A program made the translations under genes and the position numbers. A stretch of DNA of 56,176 bases, the filler included, from Sphacelaria rigidula (taxonomy: Eukaryota), in NCBI GenBank assembly GCA_964200075.2. It is 7 parts of 7 records of this genome, joined end to end, with 100 filler letters (N's around TTAATTAATTAA, not from the genome) between each part and the next. Parts side by side here need not be neighbours in the genome. Positions count along the whole stretch, not along the records: positions 24,121 to 32,059 come from CAXNAA020012908.1; positions 32,160 to 40,098 come from CAXNAA020012909.1; 5 more parts are not named here. The stretch is one strand, 5' to 3'. This document shows positions 27,553 to 40,198 of the stretch, one piece after another; the stretch's first letter is position 1; every line of letters begins with the position of its first letter. The notes below the pieces were generated by a model that did not search any database, was not told the DNA's origin, and saw only the letters and a list, made by a program, of their open reading frames with translations.

Positions 27553-28030
27553 CGACTGCGGCTGTATTAGTAGTTCATGTCGCACGCTGCAAGACCGTTA
27601 CCCATAGACTTTATCGCATACCACGGTTGAACTTTTCTCCGCCGCCCTGTGCCCCATCATGTGCAGCGACAGTGCAGTGTATCAAGCTCCGTAATCTAAT
27701 CCCCATACCATCTTCAGATTGTTACGGGCGCAATCGACTGCAGTTGTATTAGCAGTTCATGTCGTACGCTGCAAGACCGTTCCACGTAGACTTTCATACC
27801 ACGGTTGAACTAATCGCCGCTCTGTTCCCCACTTTGTGCACCAGTACAGTTACGGTTTAACATACAGAAACGTCGAGTTTGAGATATTTTACCTCTCATC
27901 ATGTACGCAAGCACCGGACCGCTGTCTGTACTGCCACCACTGTACTGTTCGCTCTGTACTACAACTTTATCAAGCTGCATAATAATCGATACCCATACCA
28001 TTTTCAGATTGCTCCGGGCGCAATCGATGG
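27553..28030. repeat. Two-copy tandem duplication (~180-bp unit, second copy with an insertion)
   Basis: gtattag(t/c)agttcatgtcg(c/t)acgctgcaagaccgtt...cataccacggttgaact...cccataccat(c/t)ttcagattg occurs twice. Confidence 0.8.
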
Positions 28031-30092
28031 CGGCATATTTTACAGCGTAGACACGCGGTAGCATGGGGATCACATGCCGATGTGGTGGGTCGAGGTTCTC
28101 TGCAAATTATCACGGTTTAGCGAAGAATTATCCGATAATGTTTCACTCTGACACGTCATAAAGTACATCCTTCTGTTCGCCTTCGCCCACCGTTAGACAT
28201 GCTGATCGGGGCAAAAAAAAGTGAGTGGGCTGTTCGAGGAAATCATAACGACCACAGACAATTATTCCCCTTGTTTTTTTCACCTTGGATGCTCCCTCCG
28301 CCCAAATATATTTGCTTTTACAATCGAATCTCTTGACGGGTTGATCGCAGGCGCTAGCAACACCCTACATCCTGTTGCTGACCATCCACACGCATCCTAT
28401 GGCGGTGGCCTTGTCTTCCTGCTTTGAAGGCGTACCCCCTAAACCATCTGGCCGCGGGACGTGCCCTGAAATGGCCACTGCAGTATGATGCATTGGGGTC
28501 GGGAGCACCCAATACAACAATCGGCGCTCCAATCGCGCAATTAACCGTAGAGGAGCGCCCGAATAAACCCGTCCCTCGATGGAGTATGTCCTGAGCAACG
28601 CACCGTCCCCAATAAATTCCTTACAAGACGTGGAGTCCTCGTCATTTTTTCCTGAGACTCCAACCTACTTACAAGAACAAACGCAATCAACCACAAAACT
28701 ACCGAAATACAAATAAGAAGAGAGACGCCAAGAAGAAATGTGAGAAGTAGCTTCCCCGAGTTCAACGGGACGAGAGGGGGAAAAAATCCCTCAGATCTAC
28801 TAAAAAAAGCACACCGAAAGAAAAGGGAAAATGACCACAGCTGGATAATGACCACAGCTGGATCTCACTGGGATCAGTTAATGTGAGGCAATCAATCGAC
28901 CAACCAAACGATGCAATTGTTCTCGGGTATTTCCACAATGCTTGTTAGTGTAGGGTTGATCTGCGACTTCTGGCGTCCTGGCGATCGAACACCATTACCA
29001 TGCCGGTGAGCCCTCTATTACTGTTGATAGGGTCTACGCGACGAACGACTCAGAAAGCGAACTCGATGGTGTGCCGAAGAAACCGGCGGTACAACATACG
29101 GACTACGATCCGGTACCGGAAAAAGTCGACAGGGGGCATTTATCTTGCTTGATCGCATTGTGTGGAACTGCCCACCGTCAAAGTTTTCGACGGAAAAGGC
29201 TCTTCTACTGGTTTAATTGACGTGTCATCATGATTTCGTCGTCTGAGCGGGTCGTGGCGTGCCTTCTATTGCAATCACCGAGGTCATATACTCGATCCAG
29301 CTCTCCCCAGCGAGGGGGCGTTTCCCTCCAAACCGACGGGTCCCCCAGATCCATGGTCAAAACATCCTTCGTTTTTGTCAAATCATACCCCTACCCACAC
29401 CCCAACTCAAGTCAGATTGAGAACTCACGGGCATGGGAGAATCGTACGGAATCCTAGGCCAAGTTGTCACGATTTCTCACATTAGCCCTCCTCCCTTTTC
29501 CAGAAATATAGCGCCCGCGGTCACAAAGCCGTGTCACATAAGGTGGACTACTGCGAGAAAAAGATAAATCATGACACGTCCACGAGTAGTAAAACATGGC
29601 GCCCCCGCGGGGGGCACGGTTCTACAGACACGTCAGCGAAAAAAGGAAAATGCACGAAAAATATACGTGAGACTCGGAAGAAAAAACTCATACATGAAGA
29701 AAATCGTCGGTTACACGGCACGCGAGCCAGAAGAAGCCGAAAAGGTCAAATCTGTGTGCGCTGGCAGGGCTCCAATTTTCGCCACAGGTGCCGATTCAAG
29801 AGCCAATACACAACATGCTTAGCACGCTGAACATACCCTCGAGATTGTAAGCACTGTATGAAGATCAAAATATGTTAGTCCACACTGAAAAAACAGTATT
29901 TTTCATCGATGGATATGGAGAGTCAGCCGGGTCGGGGAATATCTCTCCGAACACGACCCCGGTATACCACGCACCACCACCACCTCCTTCCTCCACCCTC
30001 CCCCACTCCCCTCCCCGACGCCCACTCTTCACCCGGCCGGCCGGGCGACCAACACACATGCATACATACACTTCCCGCCGAACCACACACAG

Positions 30093-30441
30093 GTCTTGGC
30101 GCAGCCGGACTCCATGCTATTCCCGGGCGCGATGACCGCCGTGCGGGTGCTGACGAGAATGCTTCCCTTCCTGCTGGAGGCGTACTGCGACCCCGACACG
30201 GGCGAAGCGGATGCCGACATTGAACGCCTATTCTGGTCGACATCAACAGCAACAGGAGCAGACGCAAAAGCAGCAGCACACGCTGATGGTGGGGCGGGTG
30301 AGGAAAGGGCCGGTGGAGGAGAGCCTTCGTCGACGGAGGTGCCGCCGTTGGGATCTGCTGTAGTGAAGGTGGCCATGCGACTACTCTTCGTGCGCGGGCT
30401 GACGGTGGACGTGTTTTCGTCCCGGGAGCCCACGGTCATAG
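30093..30441 (+). CDS. HID1: Internal exon of a HID1/Ecm30 (Dymeclin-like) family protein
   Basis: cacacag|GTCTTG...CATAG|gtgggc. Translation VLAQPDSMLFPGAMTAVRVLTRMLPFLLE...ERLFWS...PPLGSAVVKVAMRLLFVRGLTV resembles the HID1 pattern RLLTRxLPYIFE...FFWS...PLA..LL....DLLF.PxFTV; other exons not identified. Confidence 0.72.
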
Positions 30442-30519
30442 GTGGGCGTGATTCTTGTTCCATTTACGTGTACCTAGTATGACCTCACCACTTATGGTAG
30501 GTTTAATATTCGTCTAAGC

Positions 30520-30883
30520 CGGTCGCTTCGGTGGCTCAGTTGGTAGCATCGAAACCCGCTGACGGTTGGGTCGTAGGTTCGAATCTCGTTGCACTCACAC
30601 GATCTGGGATTTTTTCTTGCACGACGCCCAACAGTGGAGAGCGATCATGTCGTGGGTACACGAAATTCGGCTTCACGGTTGATGAGAGAAATAGAGCACT
30701 GAACCCCTCTCGCAATAGAAAAGAAGGGCAAGCACCGCAGAAGGAAGGTAGGGTACTCAAACAAGAAATAACGAAAAAAACTCCTGTGTGGGCCTTCCTC
30801 GTGTGACTCCGGCTGATGCGCCCGCATAGACCGAAAAGGTGCAGACTGGCGTCCGGAGTAGAGGGGATGACAACACAACACAC
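30520..30883 (+). mobile_element. Full-length tRNA-derived SINE (intronic)
   Basis: Pol III A-box TGGCTCAGTTGG (30532-30543), B-box GGTTCGAATCT (30576-30586), body shared with 3 other copies, (CAACA)-type tail; no clear TSD. Confidence 0.88.
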
Positions 30884-31350
30884 TTGGTTGTAATTAGTTG
30901 TTATGTGCTTAGTAGACTGCTTTGAAAAATTGGGAAGTCGGCGCGAATTCGAAAGCCAGGTGAAGAATAAGTTTTTTTTGGCGCATATTTGGTCATTATT
31001 TATGTTCACAAGTGCCCGTTGTGACAGCACGCACCCTGGTATATGCTCTCATGAAGCATTTCAAGTGAAGCACGCCGTGGGCCCTCAAAGATCTGACTCG
31101 TCGCACCTTGGAGGCATACGGCAAGAACGAGTCCGAGACTCTTGAGAAACGGAACACACATCGTTGGGTTGGCTGAATGACACGCCGCATCATGTGTTTC
31201 GCGCGCACGCGCACACACACATACAGTAGAGTATGACACGCACTCATTCTTGAGCCTGACGCCGTCAGTAGAGTATGACACTCATTCACTCTTGAGCCTG
31301 ATGCTATCCGCGGTCTTGCTCCAGTTTTCACCACACCATATCACACGAAG

Positions 31351-31719
31351 AGTGAGATTCCATTTGACCTCAACTTAAAAATAACGACGTCTTCAATTTC
31401 GTTGTTGCCGTATCCACGTAACACCCCCCCCCCCCCCTCCAGATAGGTGGACCAGCGAGCAAACGCCCCTTGCTGAATGAGTGAGGCAGGAATGATTAGC
31501 CGAAAGGCGGGCGTTTTTTNNNNNNNNNNCCCCCCCATATCCCCCGAAGGGTGAGATTCCATTTGCCCTCAACTTAAAAATAACGACGTCTTCAATTTCG
31601 TTGTTGCCGTATCCACGTAACCCCCCCCCCCCCCCCATCAAGTAGTGTGGACCAGCGATCAAACGCCACTTGCTGAATGAGTGAGGCAGGAATGATTAGC
31701 AGCAAGGCGGGTGTTTTTT
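31351..31719. repeat. ~200-bp direct duplication around a small internal N gap
   Basis: gtgagattccatttg.cctcaacttaaaaataacgacgtc...gagtgaggcaggaatgattagc occurs twice, on either side of N 31520-31529. Confidence 0.8.
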
Positions 31720-32059
31720 CGCGTGGCTGGTCAGTTTTACTTTCCGTGCAAGTTGTGCTGTTGTCGACATCATGCCTGAATTGGCGACATTGCCCTTTGA
31801 GCAAATACAAAGGCGGTGAACTGTGGCCCGTCACTTTGCAGCTTTATTCGTGACACGGTTCTGGGCAACAAGGCAAACGAGGCACATTAAAACATTAAAT
31901 GGAATGAAAACACAACTTGAAACGGAAGATTCGAAGGAAGGTACGATTGTGATTTTTATATTTTCAATCTTCCGTTTTTTTTTTTTTTTTTTTTTTGTTT
32001 TTGTTGTTCCATCTTTTTTTTTTTTTTTTTTTTTTAATACGATTTTATTTTTTTCATAT

Positions 32060-32159
32060 NNNNNNNNNNNNNNNNNNNNNNNNNNNNNNNNNNNNNNNNN
32101 NNNTTAATTAATTAANNNNNNNNNNNNNNNNNNNNNNNNNNNNNNNNNNNNNNNNNNNN
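32060..32159. other. Artificial contig linker
   Basis: N44-TTAATTAATTAA-N44. Confidence 0.97.
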
Positions 32160-33779
32160 CACAAAAAGCCGTGGCAGAGCTGATGCTCTACGTGTTGTAG
32201 AGGAAGCGGGGTTTGAAAGGCGGTCCTGAAGGTGTGCGATGACTAGCAAAATTACGGTAAATGATGGCACAGTCGGTATTGCAAGTACTGTGGACAGAGT
32301 GCGAGAAGAGTTCAATAGTGCAGTGCCATACAACAAACACCCTGCAAGTACAGCGACAACAGAGGAGGAGAGTTCAGTACCTTTCGTTATGATGATACAA
32401 ACGGCAGCTAAGTGCAGCATAAAATATTACCATCGCCGCAAGGTACGGCATCAACACTTCTTGTCCGTTTATAAAACCCCGCGCGAAGCTGCTCCAGCAG
32501 CTGGCGAGGGCGGGCACGCCCTACGCGCGGTCACAAGCCTGTCTGCTGCTGCGGTTGAAAAACATAAAACGCCTTATCCCACCATCGTACATCAATGTAC
32601 GTACGTCGCATTCCTCAAAATCGAGGGGACCGTGGCAAAAAATCGGGGACAATCTTCGTCAAAACGCGACATACCGATTTTCGCTTCCCCAATTTTTGCC
32701 TAAATTGGCGTCCATGAAAAACGCTTCCCGATTTAGGTCCCCCAATCTGCGTACAAACCGAGATTGGTGACAGTCAAAACAGTTCCTCCAACGGCCGGTT
32801 CTTCAGCATACCCAGCGTTGTGTGGCGAGGGAAACTTCGGAACCACGAAATAGTCACCAACGAACGACGATAGTCTGTACCGCACAAAGTATGCCTCAAC
32901 TGGAAGCGGGGGGGGGGACGGCGAGGGGATCATTTCCCCACAACCATAAGTATGACGGGACAGGCATTCCCGTCCCGTCCTCCTCGGCACGTTCCCGTGA
33001 AACTTTCCTCTCACGTCCTACCATGACGGGCCGTAGCTTTATACAGCGGTGCTCAAACGTCTTCACCAACAATCAACCACTGGTTTCGAGGCACAACATC
33101 CGGTAACAGTGAACCCACGGTGTAACGGTCCCGTCCAACACCGTTCACATGTCTCGTGACAAACCGTGGTTTGAAAAAATGTGACCGTGCACGAGTATGC
33201 GTTTTTGTGAAATTCAAGAGGGATGGAAGGTCAGAAATCAGTAACAGCAAAAATATACTCCAAGTTCCCATCACATGGAGCGAGATTTCCCACGAAACAA
33301 TCGGAGATTCGCGGTAACGACCGGACGGAAACGCATTTTCCCATCGCATCCCGTCCCGAGCGATTTCTGTGAGATGTTCCCCCGTGCTGAAAAAAACGTC
33401 CCACTTGTCACGTTACTCTTTTGTTGAGATTTTTTCATGGGGAAGCATCACACCAATTGTTCGTTCTGTGCGACGCCCAAATACCATCACAGGAACACAG
33501 TACTTGGAAGATTTTCATCTATATCAACCCCGTAGTGTCATACTGTACTGTCCATCGCAATGCTTCCCCTGCTATACGACCGGAGAAGGTCACCCCACCA
33601 CTCGAACGGGGTTTTCTGTGTCGTGAGCGTTGGTGCCTTCTCAACTGTCAAGGTTCAGAGGAGGTTTGAAAGTTCTCATGTCGGCGTGAAAAACCATGGC
33701 ATGTCTGTAACTAATGCACAACCTGTGTCGCCGTCCATCATGTGCATGCGTACGACAACATCAACCGCTACAACATGTG

Positions 33780-35200
33780 ATATGTACAGGATGTACGTGC
33801 GAACACCGAGTCTTTCCTCCTCTGCATTTAATTTTTTTCCAGAGTTCTTCACGATTTGATCCCGAAAAACTGTTCTGAAAAGTGTAGTCGCCAATAGCTC
33901 ACGATGGAAAAAATGTAGAGGAAAACAGATTGGGTCTTTGCACATACGTCCTGTACATCAAAAAATTGTGGTACACGACCCAAAATTGAGCAGCGTGATC
34001 GCGTTTTTGTGTCGAGGACCGGTTCTCATGTGGAGATGGACCAGCCACGAAAAATGAAACGTGGTATCGCTGTTCAATTTTCAAGTCTTTTTCCACGAAA
34101 TTTGGACACGACGTGCTTTGGGTATGTTGAAACACCATCTTCTACGGCAACGAATGTCGATTCGTACAAATATGGGGATTTCAGTCCGTTTACAGACATT
34201 TTCTCCCGTGGATTGATTTTTCACACCACTGTCCGACGGGCAATGTTTTTTGGTCAGCTGTGATAAAACCCAATCAATTCTCCGATTCTCTGGGCGTTCA
34301 CTTTCGGTTCATCACTGTCATGCACAACGTTTGACACTCCCGCGTCTCCCTCGATTTTTTCATGATCGGTCCGAAAAATCAATCCACGGGAGAAAATCAC
34401 ATGTAGACGGACCGAAATCCTCATATTTGTACAAATTGAGATTCGTTACCGTAAAAAATAGTCCCAAGATCATTTTCTCCCCGTTATATATTTTTTGCTC
34501 GTTCAACGAGTTGTCGACGATATTGTTGCGAAAAGCTGTGACGAAATTTTAATCACCAATAACTCACGAGGAAGAAAATATCAAGAGGAAACTTTAGGGG
34601 CTTCGTACATACCTCACGTACATTGTGTCGAAGTTCGATGAAGAACGACTCGAAATTGAGCAGTGAAATCGCATTCTTCAGTCGAGAACCGGTTGACTTG
34701 CATTCAGAGTCCGAGAACCTCAGCCGGAACTTCCACATTCTCTCCAAACTTTTTTCACCCACTGCTCAGCGGTTCGCACACTACCAGACGTCTTTGCGCA
34801 CTGAAGGCCTACTGCGTGCTATCTCAGACACTGCGCGCCTACAGCACATACATTGTTGTACAACCGCAGCTTGTACAGCGCCGCTACGTCGCGACCGTGG
34901 CACAACCGACTGTAACGGGGAATTCGATGCCAGTCGTTTTTTGTCCCTGATTCCGTCGCACATGCCGTCACTCTCAACTCTCTACACTTCGCAGCTGACT
35001 ATAGTTTCGTATTTTGTTTGATGGTAACTTGTCGGATGGGAGTGTTTTGTGGATTGAAAGAGGCGCGCTGATTTGCAAATCACCACGGTGCGTGATAGTA
35101 GGCATACCCCGCGATACACAAGTTAGAACGGGCCGAAGGAAAGTCCGTTTCGGCGACCCAGCCTGTAGCGACAAAGATTGGAGTGCCCGCGAGCAAATAT
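33780..35200 (+). mobile_element. Palindrome-rich non-coding dispersed repeat (~1.4 kb)
   Basis: Collinear with the reverse complement of 45810-46815 (e.g. gaacgactcgaaattgagcagtgaaatcgc versus gcgatttgactgctcaatttcaagtcgttc); internal inverted repeat at 33780-33960. Confidence 0.75.
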
Positions 35201-35958
35201 GACGTGTCTCTACAGGTACAGTAGACAATTCGCCCTGAATTCGAGCAGAGCGGGCTCTTCATCATCGTGCGCCCCCCTTCACCGTCAATACTTGCATTTC
35301 CTCAACCTCACAGACTTTTCTTCAGAAACGACGGCGCAATCCACCCGCGATACACGGTTTCACCACCCTCTTCCACAACAACTTCGGGGTATTACGGTGT
35401 TTTAGCTCACACATGCCTCATTTTCGTCGCTTGTCATTCGGAGCGAGAACGACCAACAAGAGAAGACGCATGTGGGTAGAGCTGGAACAAACCTCGCCAG
35501 GGGCCGATTTCAGCACCAAGAGATGCCGCGCGCAGACCAGCCCGCCTAGGCGACAGCGTGTCCTCGACCGTTTTGCAGAAAACGATAAAACGCGATCCAG
35601 AATAAACTCCCCATCATTCCGCACAGCGTCATCTAAAGTTCCTCCGTTTACCCAGCCATGCGGATCATCTTTATTCCCACGGACGGCGACCATACATTAA
35701 ACCAGACGCCCAGAACCGCTCAGTTTCCTTGTCCAACCAATTTACGAAGTGCTGAGTGAGAGCAGAGCATGAACCTACCCATGTTGTAGCCATTTTCCTG
35801 TCCAGTGACTACGTACAGTCTCGCCGTGTCAACGGTGCGGCCGAGGAAAATCTAAAAGGCGGCGTACGTCGGTCTACTCAGCGTACAAGCGTGGAAAGCT
35901 CAGAAATGCTGTTGGTGGCCCCTTCGGGATACAGAGCGTCTGTCCCAGCAAGACTTAC

Positions 35959-36431
35959 CCCATGTCCGTGTACCACGCGTCGCCGGATTCACTGCCACCT
36001 GCGCCACCGCCCGTCCCGGATGAAGGATCGTTCCCTACGGGCTGATCGTCATTCTCTATGCCCAAACAGCCGCAAAACAAGCTGTTGAAGCCCTCCACAG
36101 CAGTGTAAGTACCATCTCCATTGGCATCACCTGCGGAAAGGAGCGGGTTGGGGGCGGGGGTACAAGTTGAAGTCACGAGGAGAACGGAGGTGATGGTAAA
36201 AAAATCATACGTACGTGTGTCATACATCACGGGGCTACCCCGGAAAACGGCGTAATGTAGACGATAAATGAGGGCCTCCAATTTGAAAATCAGCGCGGAT
36301 ATATGCAATCGGCTTTGCGTGAACAATTCCTAATTTCGTGCCATGATGGGTGTGTGCCTTTATGGAACCTACGTCACTACTGGTAGTGGGCGCATCTGCC
36401 TGCCCACGTGGGTTGGTGGAAGGGGCGGCTC
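35959..36431 (-). CDS. Two putative exons of an unknown protein with a Gly/Ser/Pro-rich linker
   Basis: Exon 36130-35959 has a strong acceptor (ctcctttccgcag) and donor (gtaagt) and reads GDANGDGTYTAVEGFNSLFCGCLGIENDDQP...GGGAGGSESGDAWYTDMG. Upstream phase-compatible exon 36431-36369 (AAPSTNPRGQADAPTTSSDV) has a weak donor. Confidence 0.45.
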
Positions 36432-37773
36432 CTATGACGAGGCGAAGAGGTAAGCATGTCGTGCAAGAAACGAGTACCGAGGTCAGGAATACCATCACAT
36501 ACGCACTTGGAACGAGTGTTACTTGTGTGTCATCACTCAGTCATTTATTCTTCATCATTTTCTCTATTCGTCTTACTCCCAATTTTCCCCCTTCCTCGGG
36601 ATGAGACGTATGCGGTCTAGAAGGATTAAGCCATCTCTCCCCGGTACACACCTTGCATTTTGGTCTCACCAATAGGGTCAGCACTCGCGCACCGCGTCAA
36701 CTCTCGACAAACCAAGACAACTACGTTTTGTTTACTCACGTACTGGCGCTATTTTTCGACGGTGGAAATCAGATGCTTCAGAGAAAAAAAACACATCGGG
36801 AATCGAACCCCTGTTCTTTCCGCTTCAACAGTGGCGGTTGGACAATTACACAACCGGGCGCGGCGGGAAGTACCCATATACGGAATACCATTTGGATTCC
36901 GATGTGAGGGTAATCATTCTTCGTTCGGAGAATGGGGAGAGCGCGGCAAAAAGCCGTTAGAGTGTCAGGTTGCGGAGAGATGTTTGTGGGCAGACCAGGG
37001 AAATCATATCATGACAGGAAAGAGTCAGGCTTGGGCGATGTGTTTGATAACAGGTGAATGAGCGGGGAAATAATTGATCCCTTGTGTACCATGGTTACTG
37101 TTGCTATCAAAGTGGCTGCGTAGCGGCGCGCGCCGACTGCATGAGGTACATGAGGTCTCCGGGTAGGTCATAACCGCCTAAAAAGGATGTCGAGGGGAAA
37201 AGAAATGCCAGATACGGTGTACCTTCACGAATACCATCAAGAACCTATGCAAATCCATTCAAGAACGGGGGCGGGGTAGAGTTGTTCGTGGAGAACCTCC
37301 CTTTGAGCATGGGCTGTACGAGGCGAGAACGCATTTCTTCCATATTTTGCAGGGTAGAGGCGAGAACGGCGACTCCGCAGATGTTGAAAAAGCCTCATCA
37401 CGCCGGTGAGGGTTTTGGGACACCAGATTTCGGCGAAAGCTCATGTTATCGGGAATACGTAGGTGACATGAAAGTAGGTTAAAACTCCCACAATCACGGA
37501 AGGATACACTCTTGACAATTTCCCCGCGTCTTTTCAAAACACTGGCGCGGAAGAAGGAATCGAGCAACGGGGTGTATCGTACGTCTTACGTCACATTCGC
37601 TCAGCTTCTCCTTTCGGCTGATGGCAGTAGAGCCGTTGCCTTGTGTGCGAGGGCTAGACGGCAATCCCTACTGCAACTTCGAGTGGGTTCGAAAGCGACG
37701 TGGTGCACCGCGCAGCGTCTTCGCTAAATATTCCAAGGGCGACTCCGGGTGGGTCATCGTCGACGCTTCACGT

Positions 37774-38083
37774 ACCCGCGCGAAACAGGCCAGGACACTC
37801 GAAGTGGATCCCGCCGGTTGTGCTTGCTGCCCTTTTGTTGCCTGAGAAAACAAATCCAAATGTAGAGGCCAGCTTTTGTGAGAACGAAAAAATATTCACA
37901 CACTGGCCTTCGCCTTTTTCAGCCCTTTGAGCACTGGGTCGTGCCGAAGGCCAGTTTGTGGGTATCTTCTCGTTCTCACAAGGGCTAGCCCCTACATTCG
38001 GGCGGGTCTTATCAGACAACACGAGGTCAGCGAGTATGACCGGCGAAATTCATTTCGAGCGTCCTTGCTCGTTGCGCGCGGGT
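37774..38083. repeat. Long hairpin: 139-bp arms (37774-37912, 37945-38083), 32-nt loop
   Basis: aatgtagaggccagcttttgtgagaacga...actggccttcg versus cgaaggccagt...tcgttctcacaagggctagcccctacatt. Confidence 0.85.
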
Positions 38084-39010
38084 CAAAGTCCGAGAGTAAA
38101 TGTGCGCAAGGGCAACACGAGAAGAAGCCGGGGATGCTACAAACCATCGGCGAGTAGCACCCGTCACAACGTCATCCACAGTCATCACGAGAAACGCTAT
38201 GGTACGCCCGATACAGCGTCCGACAGCCCTGACCGTGTTTCTCCAGCTCTGCTACTGCAGTACATGCTTGGCCTTGAGTTTGATGGCCATCCGTCACGAA
38301 CTGAGGCAACTTCTGCACATGTTTAGACATGAGCCTCGAGGTTGGCGCGCGGCATATCATGGGTGACAAACAGCCTTTTCTCAGCATGGCCTGTATTAGT
38401 CTCCACAGTACACTAACAACCAGTGTTCTGCATCCTCCCAGGAACGCGGGCTCTTCCATCCTCAAACCAGGGGCCCGGGCGTTCAAAGGGTTAAATTTAA
38501 TTCAACAGGTTGACCCCAGGGTATGCAATCCAAGTGCCGTAACCTTTCTCCAACTGAACAATTATGCTGATGAAAGATATGACCACCCCATCAGACCTCA
38601 AGCTTTCGGCGTATATTCACGATTCACAGGATTAAGAAGGTCGTGAGAAAAATCATGGTTTGGAGAAGCTCGTCCAGGACGTGTTCCGGTCGAGATCGGC
38701 CTCTGCGGCGTCGATTTGAGGTCTGCCAACGCTTCCTTAGCCTCGGAAACCTGTGCACACCCCTTGCCCGAGGGCCTCGTACACCTTGGGTAGGCGAGGA
38801 TTAGGGTTAGCGTTATTGCTAGTCTGTTCGAAAAAGGCAACCATATACTGGATCTACTCCCAAAACTTTGGGTCGCCTCGGCCACCCATACCGATCAAAG
38901 GTTCAACCCTTCTAGCATCTGGAAATTTAAAATCCAGACTTCCAGGCTGGGCCGGCCGAGACGCGAATTTGTGCTTCGCAGACCCCGTCTGACCTCAATT
39001 TTGCGAGTTA

Positions 39011-39625
39011 GGCCGGATGCTATGGCACACAGATTTCTTGTCCACGAATTGATCACTTTTGGGATGTTTGGCCCACTTTTTAATCCCCAAGCAGGGAAAA
39101 TCGCCAACATACGGCTTGAACACTTCGCATCACCACACAGAGAGGAACCTAGCCCACTTTTCATTCGCGCTTGGCTCTCATGTTCTGAGAGCGGCCGCTG
39201 AACAATGCAACAAAATCTGCGGCGATTTCCACAGATTATTGAGCAAACTCGCGTCGGTCGACAAGCACAGATCTCTGGACGCGAATTATCGTTCAGCGGC
39301 CAATCTCGGAAGATTCGTGTGGCTCCGAGGTTTCGAGATTGGCCGCTGGACACAAAACTGTGCTTGCCGACCCCCGCCAGTTTGGGCAAACTGGCGGGTG
39401 TCGGCAAGCACAGGTGTTTGCGCACAGATTTTAGATAAACGGCCGCTCTCGAACCTCGGAGCCAAGCGGATCTGAAAAGCAGACTAGGCTCCTCTCTGTG
39501 GGGCGGGGTGAAGTGTCCAAGACGTGTGTTGGCCGTTTTCCCTGTTCGGGGGTCAAAACGTGGGTCAAACGTCCAAAAAGTGAACAACATGTGTGCCAAA
39601 AATCTGATCGCCATGACACCCGGCC
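39011..39625. repeat. Branched foldback: ~210-bp diverged outer arms enclosing tandem hairpins
   Basis: Outer arms 39011-39221 and 39421-39625; inner hairpins 39294-39348 and 39358-39413. Confidence 0.82.
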
Positions 39626-40098
39626 TTGGACTTCGATATTTGGTACGGAGGAATAATAGGGCGATCGAAATTCGGGCCAAATTTTTCCAAGCCGTTTACG
39701 GCCCAGGTTTTGTACTCGTGCGTGAAACTTTGTGTGGGACCTCGCTATAATTACAGGCCATTACCAACCAAAAAAATGGGAAAGATTGATAAGTATGTAA
39801 ATATAATTACTCGCTTAGGACGCCGTAGTATATCAAGTAAAGACTATATTTTCACGAGAAGGCCCGTACCGCTCCAAAAAAATCGAGGGCCTATTTTTTC
39901 GTCGGCATGCCTTTGCAATTTTCTATGATCGGTTTCAAGCCTCAATTCTCAAAAATTAGCTGAAAAACTGATTTCCTGTCCGAGAGCTTTGTCCAGTTTT
40001 CTTAAAACTCTCCTGAAAAACACGAAAAAAATATACTTCCTCTGCGGCGAAATATAAGCTCGTTTGGAAAAGCGCAAAATATAAGCTCGATTTACTAA

Positions 40099-40198
40099 NN
40101 NNNNNNNNNNNNNNNNNNNNNNNNNNNNNNNNNNNNNNNNNNTTAATTAATTAANNNNNNNNNNNNNNNNNNNNNNNNNNNNNNNNNNNNNNNNNNNN
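40099..40198. other. Artificial contig linker
   Basis: N44-TTAATTAATTAA-N44. Confidence 0.97.

Noticed and set aside
28934-28984. Possible upstream HID1 exon (LICDFWRPG)
   Set aside because: Only a three-residue resemblance; frame and linkage to the 30093 exon are unsupported
30520-30600. Functional tRNA gene
   Set aside because: Continues into a repeated SINE body, and no proper acceptor stem or terminator is evident
38895-39680. 261-aa minus-strand ORF
   Set aside because: Lies across a palindromic repeat, has no recognisable motifs, and is likely a chance ORF
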